A stretch of 64,000 nt of DNA from contig JAQGDQ010000380.1 of NCBI GenBank assembly GCA_030141605.1, forward strand, positions 62,001 through 126,000, in the 5' to 3' direction. The translations under genes and the position numbers were made by a program. Below, one piece after another: positions 27,103 to 37,838 of this stretch; position 1 is the first letter of the stretch, and every line of letters starts with the position of its first letter. A model generated the notes under the pieces. It searched no databases and was not told the origin of the DNA. It was given only the letters and a program-made list of their open reading frames with translations. The DNA comes from Tubiluchus corallicola (lineage: Eukaryota > Animalia > Priapulida).

Positions 27103-27975
27103 GTGCTGCAAGTGTTGCAAGCTTGATGGCATAGTTAAATGCGCACTTGATTGTTCTAACAAGTGCTGCAAGCTTGATGGCCTAGTTAAATGCTCGTCTT
27201 GATTGTTCTAACAAAGCTGCACGTGTTGCAAGCTTGATGGCCCAGTTAAATGCTCATCTTGATTGTTCGAACAAAGCTGCACGTGTTGCAAGCTTGATGG
27301 CCCAGTTAAATGCTCGTCTTGATTATTCTAACAAAGCTGCACGTGTTGCAAGCTTGATGGCCCAGTTAAATGCTCGTCTTGATTGTTCTAACAAAGCTGC
27401 AAGTGTTGCAAGCTTGATGGCCCAGCTAAATGCTCGTCTTGATTGTTCTAACAAAGCTGCAAGTGTTGCAAGCTTGATGGCCCAGTTAAATGCTCGTCTT
27501 GATTGTTCTAACAAAGCTGCACGTGTTGCAAGCTTGATGGCCCAGTTAAATGCTCGTCTTGATTGTTCTAACAAAGCTGCATGTGTTGCAAGCTTGATGG
27601 CCCAGTTAAATGCTCGTCTTGATTGTTCTAACAAAGCTGCACGTGTTGCAAGCTTGATGGCCCAGTTAAATGCTCGTCTTGATTGTTCTAACAAAGCTGC
27701 ACGTGTTGCAAGCTTGATGGCCCAGCTAAATGCTCGTCTTGATTGTTCTAACAAAGCTGCACGTGTTGCAAGCGTGATGGCCCAGTTAAATGCTCGTCTT
27801 GATTGTTCTAACAAAGCTGCAAGTGTTGCAAGCTTGATGGCCCAGCTAAATGCTCGTCTTGATTGTTCTAACAAAGCTGCAAGTGTTGCAAGCTTGATGG
27901 CCCAGTTAAATGCTCGTCTTGATTGTTCTAACAAAGCTGCAAGTGTTGCAAGCTTGATGGCCCAGTTAAATGCAT
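27103..27975. repeat. 60-bp tandem array, ~14 copies
   Basis: Unit cccagttaaatgctcgtcttgattgttctaacaaagctgcacgtgttgcaagcttgatgg, in register with the 60-nt lines. Confidence 0.97.
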
Positions 27976-29493
27976 GCTTGGTTGTTGTCAGCTGCAATTT
28001 TAAATGCTTAAAGTTAGTGACTGAAATTAGCATACCTTGCGTACATAAATTGTACTATAATTTAATCAGTTGAACTGTTTCACAACTTTTTCATCATATT
28101 TAGGCTAGTATTTTCCCAACAATAAATAAAAAAATAATTTACATGTTACCTGTGTGTTGTGCCACCATTGTTATGTTATGCTGTAAAACGGTTAAAATAT
28201 CAAGACTCAAAATCATCGGGTGGTGGGGTGGTATTAATAAAACTCAAAAGTTGCTTGCTGTTTTTGCTTTAGATATCCGTAGATTTTGCTGACATCTGCT
28301 GGCAGATAGAGTTATTATTACAAACTATTTGCGTGACTAGCCAATTACTGAGTGTGTTGATCGCAGTGTGCTTAGTAAATGAAAGTTAAGCAGTGCTGGG
28401 CTTGATGAGGAGAGGGCACCGTTCCTGGGTAGATGCGTCTGCCGTTTTGTCGTAATTAAGTTTTTCCTGTTTGCTACAACTCTCGTCACATCAACAAAGT
28501 CATAGTAACAAAGGTTTTCTTAGAACATCTCTCACTTCACACAACAAGTGATAATGCAAAACTTGCATGATTTCAGGTTATTATTCATCTTTCACATTAC
28601 ATATGAACATACAATATATAAAATATAAACAAATGGCAATGAAGGCTAAATAAATAAATAAAGTGTTGAAAGTATAACTTCAAAACCTAATGGTGTTAAA
28701 ATACACAAACTGGAACACTTCCAAAAAATGGGAGAAAGTGAAAGGTGTTATACTATAATTCTAATTATAAAATAAAAATGCTACAATTCTAATAACCAGA
28801 TCACAGATAACTAAATTATTATAAATCATTAAATTTACTTTTTGTGTTTGCAACATTTAGAACGCCATTTCTAAAATCTTCTTTTGTTATTTTGCTGCAG
28901 AATCGTGGTCTATAAATGCGCTGGTCCTTGTCTGAAACCTGTCTGTAAACATCGGTCATTTGCGTTGACCGTGATGTCCCATATAGGTTGGTATGTGTGG
29001 TAAGATGGTCATGTGACCTGCACACAAATCACGGGGATTGTGGGTAAGGGGTACCGTGGTCTGGTTGAATGATGCAGAAGCTATAAAGATTGCTTTGATG
29101 GCCTTCACTGTGTTTGGAAATGGACATTTTTGTGAGTTAGAGATTGTGCGTTAAGTGGGATGGTGTTTTTACCAACTGTAGGAAACTTCTTCGTGGGAAC
29201 AAAACTTCAATCCTGTTCAGGATTTGGGTGTCCTTGATTTAAAGAGAAAGTTACTGTACATTTTGAGTCTTTAAATGCAATCACTTGTGAATGTTCCTAA
29301 GTTTTTACAGGGTAGGACAGCTGGGAAGGGGGTTGAGTTCTGATTTCCGTTTGTCCCTAAGTTTTTGCAGAGTGGGACAGTGGGGGAGGGGGTTGTGTTC
29401 TAACTTCCGTTTGTCGTTAAGTTTTTACAGAGTGGGACAGCCGGGTAGGGGGTTTAAGTTTTAATTTTCGTTTTATAACTTTGTCGCACTCAG

Positions 29494-29534
29494 TGCCGGG
29501 TAAGTTCGGGTAAGTATTATACCAGGACTACCTG
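29494..29534 (+). promoter_or_regulatory. Candidate splicing-regulatory module A (3' splice site + tandem U1-type 5' splice sites)
   Basis: ttttataactttgtcgcactcAG|TGCCGG GTAAGT TCGG GTAAGT attataccaggactacctg. Confidence 0.6.
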
Positions 29535-29994
29535 ATGCACGACTTCGCTCACAAGTTCTTGCGTTTCTGTTGACTTCCCGCAGTGCTGGGTTTGTATGGA
29601 TTCGTAAGTTACCATATTTATTTAAATTTACGATCAAAGTCGCGATAATCTCGATTCTAAATTTGCAACAATGCAATATCTTCAAGTTTCTACTTAGCAA
29701 CATAATCATGTTATTGGTTGGTTAGAACGATATTCTCTCTGTGTGGTAGGTGCTGCCGCCTGTGGGCATCAATTTGATTCTATAAGGTGGTGTAAGTACA
29801 TGTAGTCGTTCAATGCATGCTGACACATGGAATATTTATGAAAAGCAAGTGTCTTCGGATTCAAACTTTTAGATCAGGCTGATTATTACTGGATGCAGAA
29901 CAGCAGATCTTAGGCATCAGATAAGTTGCTGTTCCTAAAATGGTTTTTTTGAGCAGCTGATTACTAGTAAAGAAATGTGCTGCTAGAATAGTTC

Positions 29995-30482
29995 GGCATA
30001 TGTGCAAAGGATGGTCCCTCGTATGTGCAAAGGATGGTCCCTCGTATGTGCAAAGGATGGTCCTTCGTATGTGCTTAGGATGGTCCCTCATATGTGCAAA
30101 GAATGGTTCCTCATATGTGCAAAGGATGGTCCCTCGTATGTGCAAAGGATGGTCCTTCGTATGTGCGGAGGATGGTCCTTCGTATGTGCAAGGGATGGTC
30201 CTTCGTATGTGCAAAGGATGGTCCTTCGTATGTGCAAAGGATGGTCCTTCGTATGTGCAAAGGATGGTCCTTCGTATGTGCAAAGGATGGTCCCTCGTAT
30301 GTGCAAAGCATGGTCCTTCGTATGTGCGGAGGATGGTCCTTCGTATGTGCGGAGCATGGTCCTTCGTATGTGCAAAGGATGGTCCCTCGTATGTGCGGAG
30401 GATGGTCCCTCGTATGTGTGGAGGATGGTCCTTCGTATGTGTGGAAGATGGCCCCTCGTATGTGCGGAGGATGTCCCTCGTA
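29995..30482. repeat. 23-bp tandem array, ~21 copies
   Basis: Unit gtatgtgcaaaggatggtccttc. Confidence 0.96.
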
Positions 30483-31296
30483 TTTTTCCTGCCAATTTGC
30501 TGCTGTGAAGATGAAGGTGTTTTGGTAACCAGTACATTAAGTTTGCTGGAAAGAACAGGTTGTGTGGTTATTGCTTATACTTGTATGTCCGTTGTCCAGC
30601 TATGTGGAGACCTAGGTTTGAATCAGCGAAAGAAATGGGAAAGTGATTCTACAGTTGAATTTGCTGAATGATCATTGGCAAGAAATAATAACTCAACTTT
30701 ACTTTACCATCCAGGAGTACCATATGAAGTAAGAGGAGTCACGTTCATGTGTTTTACGTAGTCCTGATATTGAAGTAGAAAGTAGTTTGATGAGCAACAA
30801 GGTCATTTCTGCTAGTTGGCAATAATAAAATGTAGCTGTGTTCTGATGTTCGGGGAACCACCATGGTTGAACTGCTAGAATGCCGGAGAAGCATTTTCGA
30901 AGAGAAAATATGGAGTTATACAGTTGTTAAAGGAAAGAACAATTGAAAGAAAAACTGCTTTATTCTCAAGACCAGTCCTTAAAACTTGTCAAATAGGCAA
31001 ATCAAAAACAACATCTTTGCAATATGTAATACCGCACTCTCACTTCCGTACGAGCCGGTGTTAGAAATTCCGAAATTGAAAACAGCTGAACATCGGCACC
31101 GAGCCGCACAAGGCAAACAGCGTGCGTGAGTGCGGTAAGAGAGAGAGAGAGAGGGAAAGAGGAAGCTGTATGTTTGCATAAAGCAAAAAAAAATGTTACC
31201 TCGGCACGAGGCCCCCCTGGAGGGTGAAGCCCTGGGGAAGTATCCCCACTCCCCCCCCCTGAAATTTGCAAATCAAAAGTCTGAAGTGTTTAGTTA

Positions 31297-31737
31297 AGGG
31301 TTGTCATGGGAAAATCCTGGAAAGTCGTGGAATAGTCAGGGAAAAATATAATTGGATAAAAAGTCATGGAAATGATGAGAATGGGGAGAAAGGTCAGCGA
31401 AATTGGAAAGGGTTGCAAAAGTGGTGAACTGATATTTTTCTATGCATATTTTTCAGCGATTCGTGTTCAAATAAAATTTTGCTATGGCAGGTTCATAGTG
31501 TCGATTTCTGTTTCCAAAAGTAATGATTGGATTAAGAAAGTTTATTTAGTGTGATTAGTGTAATTTCGTTAGCACTACTGCAACTGTGCCGACACATTAT
31601 ATATCAGTATATGTATGAATGTCCATACACAAAAATGTTTGAATGTGTATACTGGTAATGCAACTTCTGCTTATCTTGGTCATGGAAAATCAATATTTGG
31701 TCGGGAAAATTTATTTTAAAATTCTGTGGAAACCCTG
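31297..31737. mobile_element. TIR element (CAGGGTT family), related to 39796-40189
   Basis: Shared body (ggaaagggttgcaaaa, cagcgattcgtgttcaaataaaattt, cttggtcatggaaaatcaatatttggtc); right end gtggaaaccctg. No TSD resolved. Confidence 0.75.
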
Positions 31738-33147
31738 CTAATGCTGCACACAGTTGTTCTTTCTTTGCTTTGGATTGTTCTAGGTTAACAACAACTTATT
31801 TCTGACGATTCTTTATGCTTGTTTTGCGTTACGTAAGTAAACAAACACTAGGTAGGATGTTCGCATAGTTTTGATTATGGGTGAATTTATGACTGCATGT
31901 AGCGTTGTCCTTATCGCCAGGTACAGCAGGTGCCGTAATGTATTCTCTCATCTTGGTTCTGTCTTGGTGCAGCATTTTCACATCGACTTAGTCTTTCTGT
32001 TTCTCCGTCTTTCTTCCCTTTCACTCTTTTCATCTATCCTTCTCCTTTTCCATTTCTTCTTGAGATTGGCCATTAATTTATGCGGCTGTCGCCATTGAGG
32101 TGGGCTTTAATTTATGACGCCATTTTAGGTCTCCTCAGCCACACAATTTACTATTTGTAGTTTACAGTCTTAAATTATTACAGAAAACTCAATTTGTATG
32201 TGTTCCTGCTGTTGGTTAAGTAAAAAAAAATCTGGAAATATTGAAATCTTGTTCGATCATTTTCTTGATCTCATAGAAATCTCATTGTCATTTATCAGTA
32301 GGGATGAATGTCTCATTCTGTGTTGTGCACAAATCATCTCAGAATTAGATTCTGCGGAATGTCAATTGTCCGTTACAGTTACTGCATTATGGCAGCCAGA
32401 CAGAGAGATAAGTTTCAGTTCTACCCTTTATTTCGCAGAAGGAAGGTCTCGTTCTTATAACGTTTACTAATTTTGTAAGACTGTCTAATCTTCTGTGTTT
32501 AAGTTGGATTTTCTAATCATTTATCTACATTCGGGCATGAACGTTTGTCGTAATTGTGAATAATTTTCATTTTGCGACCAGCTAGAAACTGCAAAGTGAA
32601 ATAAATGCGATTTTTACATTTTCTAACACGACACGATAGTTTTTTTCCTATGTGCGACTTGAACTAAACTGCATCTTTAGCTTAACTTAACTTTTGATTG
32701 ACGTTTTGACCGAAAACATTAACAGAAATTTTCATAACACATAACTGATGCTTTTGTTGATTGAATAACTAGGCATGTGCAAGCCTAGTTTTAAACCAAT
32801 ATTTAAAGAAAGTAGATATTAAATGATCAATACAGAACAGTGTTAATGAATCGTAAAGTGGCAGATTATTCTACTAATAGCAGGGGTTCTGGGTAAGCTA
32901 TTTCATATACCGTCAATGTTAGCATTCTGGATTATATAAAATATTGCAAAGCCTGCCATTTACTGAAGGGTGTGTATAGTCAGTTAAATGTGTATTTTTT
33001 TTTACAAAACTTGTTGATGTTAACACCACTCGATGTATTTTTTGTGGTGTTAGTTGGCAAGCATAAGTTTTCAAAATATCGTAGGAACTCATTGTACTTT
33101 TTTGCAGTTTTTTTGTACCCCGATTACAACCCTAGCCTTTTATCATA

Positions 33148-33617
33148 CAGGGATGAGAATATTCCGCGGAGTTTTTGGAAGACCAGTAATGCCATTTTTG
33201 TGAATCGCGTAAATTCGTTGAGGAAATTTTTATGGACCCAGTACATTATTTCACAAGCTGACCGCTAGTTGGCAGGCCGTCACTTTGTTTACATCACGTA
33301 CATCAGTGTAACCACGTGTACATCTCTATGTATAAAAATATAGAATCAATTGTGCGAAGTTATTTGAGTCAATTGCAGACAGTTTTTATATACTTTTGCA
33401 TAGGTGCGCCCAGTACTTAGACGTTTTTGAGGCAATTAGGTATCATGTATCCTTGATAGTTGGGTATTTTAAATTATGCATGAAATAAGGTAACTGATAT
33501 TTTAAGTCCACTTAGAGGCTCTCTATAGTTACAAAATTTTAATTTGTTGCTGCCTACGCAGCCCCCAAACCCCCAGCCTGTTACAGAGTTTTTTGCAATT
33601 TGTCATTCTCATCCCTG
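33148..33617. mobile_element. Non-autonomous TIR element (CAGGGATGAGAAT family), copy 2
   Basis: Perfect 13-bp TIRs cagggatgagaat / attctcatccctg; flanked by a 31-bp direct repeat (33117-33147 / 33618-33648, one mismatch). Confidence 0.9.
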
Positions 33618-33668
33618 ACCCCGATTACAACCCTAGCCTTTTATCGTAACAAATGACACCTTGTTTAG

Positions 33669-33707
33669 TGCTGGGTAAGTTCCGGGTAAGTATACCAGGA
33701 CTGCCTG
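33669..33707 (+). promoter_or_regulatory. Candidate splicing-regulatory module B (second copy of module A)
   Basis: ccttgtttAG|TGCTGG GTAAGT TCCGG GTAAGT ataccaggactgcctg. Confidence 0.6.
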
Positions 33708-34429
33708 AGCGCTGATGAATGTTGAGATTGTGCTTTTAATGTTGACGAGATCACGTAACAGTTCTTTCGGGATTTCTATTGGAGGTAAAACTCGTTGTTG
33801 TGATACTTTGTTAAAATGATTCTTTGTTTTTAAGAGCTGCCGAATGTGATTTTTCACGCAATGCCACAATTTCCTTTTTGTTTCAAAGGCCTGTTTAATC
33901 CAAGTGACAATTACTTAACCAATTTTAAAAGAATTATCGATTAAAGCAATATTTGTTGTCGATATGGTATTATTTATCACATACTGCCCGTTCACACACA
34001 CACACGCGCGCACACATACAAACACACGCATCGTCATAGATTCACATCACTATCAAAGAACAGAACAATATAATAAAATTTCTGCAATTTTAGCCCTAAA
34101 ATTTAATTTTTCAATAATTATTGATTAATTATTTTGGTGCATGCTACATGAAATTATAAATCAGATTTCATATTATTGCTCTAGAAACTAAAGGTAAGTA
34201 GATTTTTATCCTTGGACATACTTCTTCCAAACTTGAAGAGATTGCTGTAATCTTAAGGCAGTTTTAAACGTCACAGCGTGAACCACATTTGAGCCTTGCT
34301 TGAGAAATATTCTGCATCGCACATGTAGCTTTGTGAGAAGTATGGCCCGGCTCGCATTATTTTTTAAGGCTCCTCCACATTTTTTGAGGCGATGATTTTA
34401 GTATTTGTTTTTATTTGCGTAATTTTCAG

Positions 34430-34531
34430 CCGCGTATAAGCACGCTGACGGGAAGAAGATAGATAACAGGAGAGTTCTGGTGGACGTGGAGCGGAGTCGA
34501 ACGGTCAAAGGTTGGCTTCCTCGAAGATTAG
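34430..34531 (+). CDS. SNRNP70: U1 snRNP 70 kDa protein, 102-nt exon (end of RRM)
   Basis: aattttcag|CC GCG TAT...TTA G|gtacaa; (S)[33 protein letters not shown](G). Confidence 0.98.
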
Positions 34532-34608
34532 GTACAAAATTTAGTTACATACTTTGTAGTAGAAATGTCATTGAATCACAGTTCTCAAACAGTGAAAACT
34601 GTATATAA

Positions 34609-35004
34609 CAGGTGTGTGCAAATTATCTGACTAGCCGGGCCACATTAAGCATTCCCACAATTCCTGTGGGCCACATGCAGTTTGGTCGAGGAGCCAAGTA
34701 CAGTAGGACCTAATAGCGATTTTTTTTTGCATCCGATTTGCGCACATCATTACTACTGCACTACTACACTCAAGAAACTATTTTAGAAGTTATTAAAATT
34801 TATATTAAAACCCAAATATTTCGTCATGTCCGACAGTGACATTAAGTGACAACGGTCTTGTAGGGGTTAATGCCATCCGATCTAGAGGAAAAAAACTACC
34901 CGCACTATCTTTGCGATATTGGCGCGGACTTCAGCTGGATCGCATGGGCCGCACTTTCATTACAGTGACAAACCTCTTCGCGGGCCGCAGTTTGCACACC
35001 CCTG
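34609..35004. mobile_element. hAT-type MITE, copy 2 (inverted relative to 19328-19801)
   Basis: Termini caggtgtgtgcaaat / tttgcacacccctg; 8-bp TSD GTATATAA/GTATATAT. Confidence 0.88.
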
Positions 35005-35356
35005 GTATATATATATATGAACAGTATATACACTGCAGCAGAGTCAAAGCCAAGCTGTGTGCTACCTTGGGAATTTTATCTAGAAACTTAGTATGCACTA
35101 GACTAGTTGCTGTAATAACAGGTTGCAGGCAAAATTCCTTCGCATAAAATTTGTTGCCAGCTCTGGCTTGATACAAATGGCTAGCAGTTAGTGGTCAGTC
35201 GGGAAGCAAAAACATATGAACCTATACAATAATTGCACTGCTTGCATTACTAGTGCGATTTTGAAACAGAATAATGCAGCATCGAATTAAGTAAAAAAAT
35301 TGTCAATAAAATAAAAATTGAATTTCTGCAAAGTCGTCACTAAAACGAAACGATGC

Positions 35357-35702
35357 GTCGTTAAGTGAAGAAAAGGTGTTACATGTTGAGCGTCAAGTGA
35401 AGAAAAGGTGTTACATGTTGAGCGTCATTAAGTGAAGAAAAGGTGCTACATGTTGAGCATCAAGTGAAGAAAAGGTGTTACATGTTGAGCGTCGTTAAGT
35501 GAAGAAAAGGTGTTACTTGTTGAGCGTCGTTAAGTGAAGAAAAGGTGTTACATGTTGAGCGTCGTTAAGTGAAGAAAAGGTGTTACATGTTGAGCGTCGT
35601 TAAGTGAAGAAAAGGTGTTACATGTTGAGCGTCGTTAAGTGAAGAAAAGGTGTTACATGTTGAGCGTCGTTAAGTGAAGAAAAGGTGTTACATGCTGAGC
35701 GT
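35357..35702. repeat. 35-bp tandem array inside a MITE remnant, ~10 copies
   Basis: Unit gttaagtgaagaaaaggtgttacatgttgagcgtc. Confidence 0.93.
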
Positions 35703-36597
35703 CTTTAAAATGAAACAGCGCTAAGCGGGAGAGTCGTTAAAACACAAGAACACACATAAAACTTAAAAAATTCATCTGGAAATTTTATACCACTTACATA
35801 CTACTTTTTCGTATGCATGGCTACCATTGGCTTTAACGCTTTATAAAATGTGTAAATTTAAACTCCCGCGATGACCGTTAGATGCAGCCATTTAAATCGT
35901 ATGTCGTTTGAAACAAGTTTTAATAACATTAAGTAAAGTTTGAAAAATAATCAGAGCATTCGTAGCATACGTGTTACTAATTAAGAGGACAGATTGAATA
36001 GTTTCACTGCCTTCACAACATCAAGAAACTTTGTGCACACTGGACACTCATTAATTCGTCATAGCATTGCTCCGCTCGATCGTGCACACTCCCTCTTGGC
36101 GCTGGGCCCAATTTAAACAAATCTGTCGACTTGGCTTGAGACCGGCCATGATTGCTGCGTAATGCGTATTCGGACAGTAGCGAACGCGTTCTAGTGATTG
36201 TGGATTGTCTTGCAGATTGAACATTGCGTACACATCGAAACACTACCACGTGTTTAAGTACAAACTACTGTATATGTATTAAGGATCACGCATTAGAGTT
36301 GTACCCTAAGACTAAAATTCTTGTGGAATATTTGCACCACATTTGCACCGCATGCACTGTTGCTTTCAGACAAGTTGGTGCTCTTATTTTTTCGGTGTTC
36401 AATGGTGTCAACTCTCTGTAAGCTAGTACAAAAGACTAAAATCAACATACTCCCTAATTTGGCTCTGCTTTTATATACTAATTTTGTCGTTGCAATAAAT
36501 TGTAGAGAAAACACTTCTTTTTAAGAGATTTACAGCTGAAAAGATTTTCTGCCGTATCGTTATGTATAAGATTTTTAGAATTCTGTTTTTACTTCAG

Positions 36598-37094
36598 GCG
36601 GAGGTCTTGGTGGAACACGAAAAGGTGGTCCAGAGGTAAATATTCGACATTCTGGAAGGGAAGACCCATCTCGTGACAGTAATCGAGAACGCTCTCGTTC
36701 AAGATCAGAAATTCGCAACCGCGGGCGGCCCGAACGACCGGAGAAGGAGCGACATCGTCGCAGTCGATCTCGGGAGCGGCGCAGACGCAGCCGCTCGCGC
36801 GAACGTCGCCGATCTCGCAGTCGTAGCCGCGACCGTAAACGCAAACGCAGCCGCTCGCGCGAGCGAAGCCGTCGGGATCGCTCCCGCGAACGCAAGCCCA
36901 AAGTCGAGGAAATTGGTGGCGTTCCCGCCACCGAGGAAGGCGGAGAGGAAATCAACTTTGACAACATTCGCGTCAAGCAAGAAAAGTTTGATGCAGGGTA
37001 CGTGAAATCAGAAAGTCAAAATCTAGATCAACCTCTTGTTATTGCAAAAGCAGAAAATGGTGAATCAAATGATGCAGAAATGGGTGAGCAGTGA
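36598..37094 (+). CDS. SNRNP70: U1 snRNP 70 kDa protein, last coding exon (RS/RE-rich domain and acidic tail)
   Basis: ttttacttcag|GC GGA GGT...; [36 protein letters not shown]...[16 protein letters not shown]...[17 protein letters not shown] at 37092-37094. Confidence 0.96.
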
Positions 37095-37249
37095 TATGAC
37101 TGAGTACTTTTATCACAATAATTAGAATTGTTAGGCAAGACTGTAATTAGTGTTTTAAAAAGCTGCGAGTTGTAAACTTGTTGTTGTTTGCATTTGCTTT
37201 TTACTTCAAGTTTAGCCGGTAAATGCAAATTAAAAGTACCGTTTCTTAT

Positions 37250-37838
37250 GGTGTGTTCAGACTAGCGAGTTCTCTGTCTTGAGTTTTTTCTGTGACAACA
37301 AACTCGCTAGTGTGAGCTGCTTTGCGAGTTACTTTTCAGCAAACTCTTCGACAATTGCCTGCGAATTCACTAACTGTCTAGTATGTGAACGCGCCTCGGC
37401 GTGTTCAGACTAGCGAGTTTTCTGTCTTGGGTTTGCTCTGTGACAACAAACTCGTTAGTGTGAGCTGCTTTGCGAGTTACTTTTCAGTAAACTCTTCGAC
37501 AATTGCCTGCGAATTCACTAACTGTCTAGTATGTGAACGCCTCGGCGTGTTCAGACTAGCGAGTTTTCTCTGTGACAACAAACTCGTTAGTGTGAGCTGC
37601 TTTGCGAGTTACTTTTCAGTAAACTCTTCGACAGTTGCCTGCAAATTCACTAACCTCTTCGAGTTACTCTCGACACTTTTCTGGCATCAAAGAAACCTTG
37701 TACACGTCTCGTAGCGAATAAAGAAGTGAGTATCAGTTCGCGCTTACTGTTAGGGAACAACCTGCAGCAAGTTTTACTCTCTATTCTGAACACACTTGTG
37801 AGTTACTTAGCAAGAAAACTTTTTAGTCTGAATGCACC
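37250..37838. mobile_element. TIR element (PIF/Harbinger-like) with an internal ~146-bp triplication
   Basis: Termini ggtgtgttcagact / agtctgaatgcacc; gtgttcagactagcgag recurs three times; related left end at ~10350. Confidence 0.7.

Noticed and set aside
27234-28073. 279-aa and 236-aa helical-repeat ORFs on opposite strands
   Set aside because: They come from a 60-bp array inside the SNRNP70 intron; the copies are near-identical with no synonymous bias.
32871-32900. Another AG..ctgg|GTAAGC site in the SNRNP70 intron
   Set aside because: Single donor, no polypyrimidine tract, lacks the downstream module sequence; not distinguishable from chance.
21116-34429. Intronic snoRNA in SNRNP70
   Set aside because: No convincing C/D box pair with terminal stem or H/ACA layout found by eye; an Infernal/Rfam scan would be needed.
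36575-36976. Antisense 133-aa RS-rich ORF
   Set aside because: It mirrors the Arg/Ser codons of the SNRNP70 last exon.
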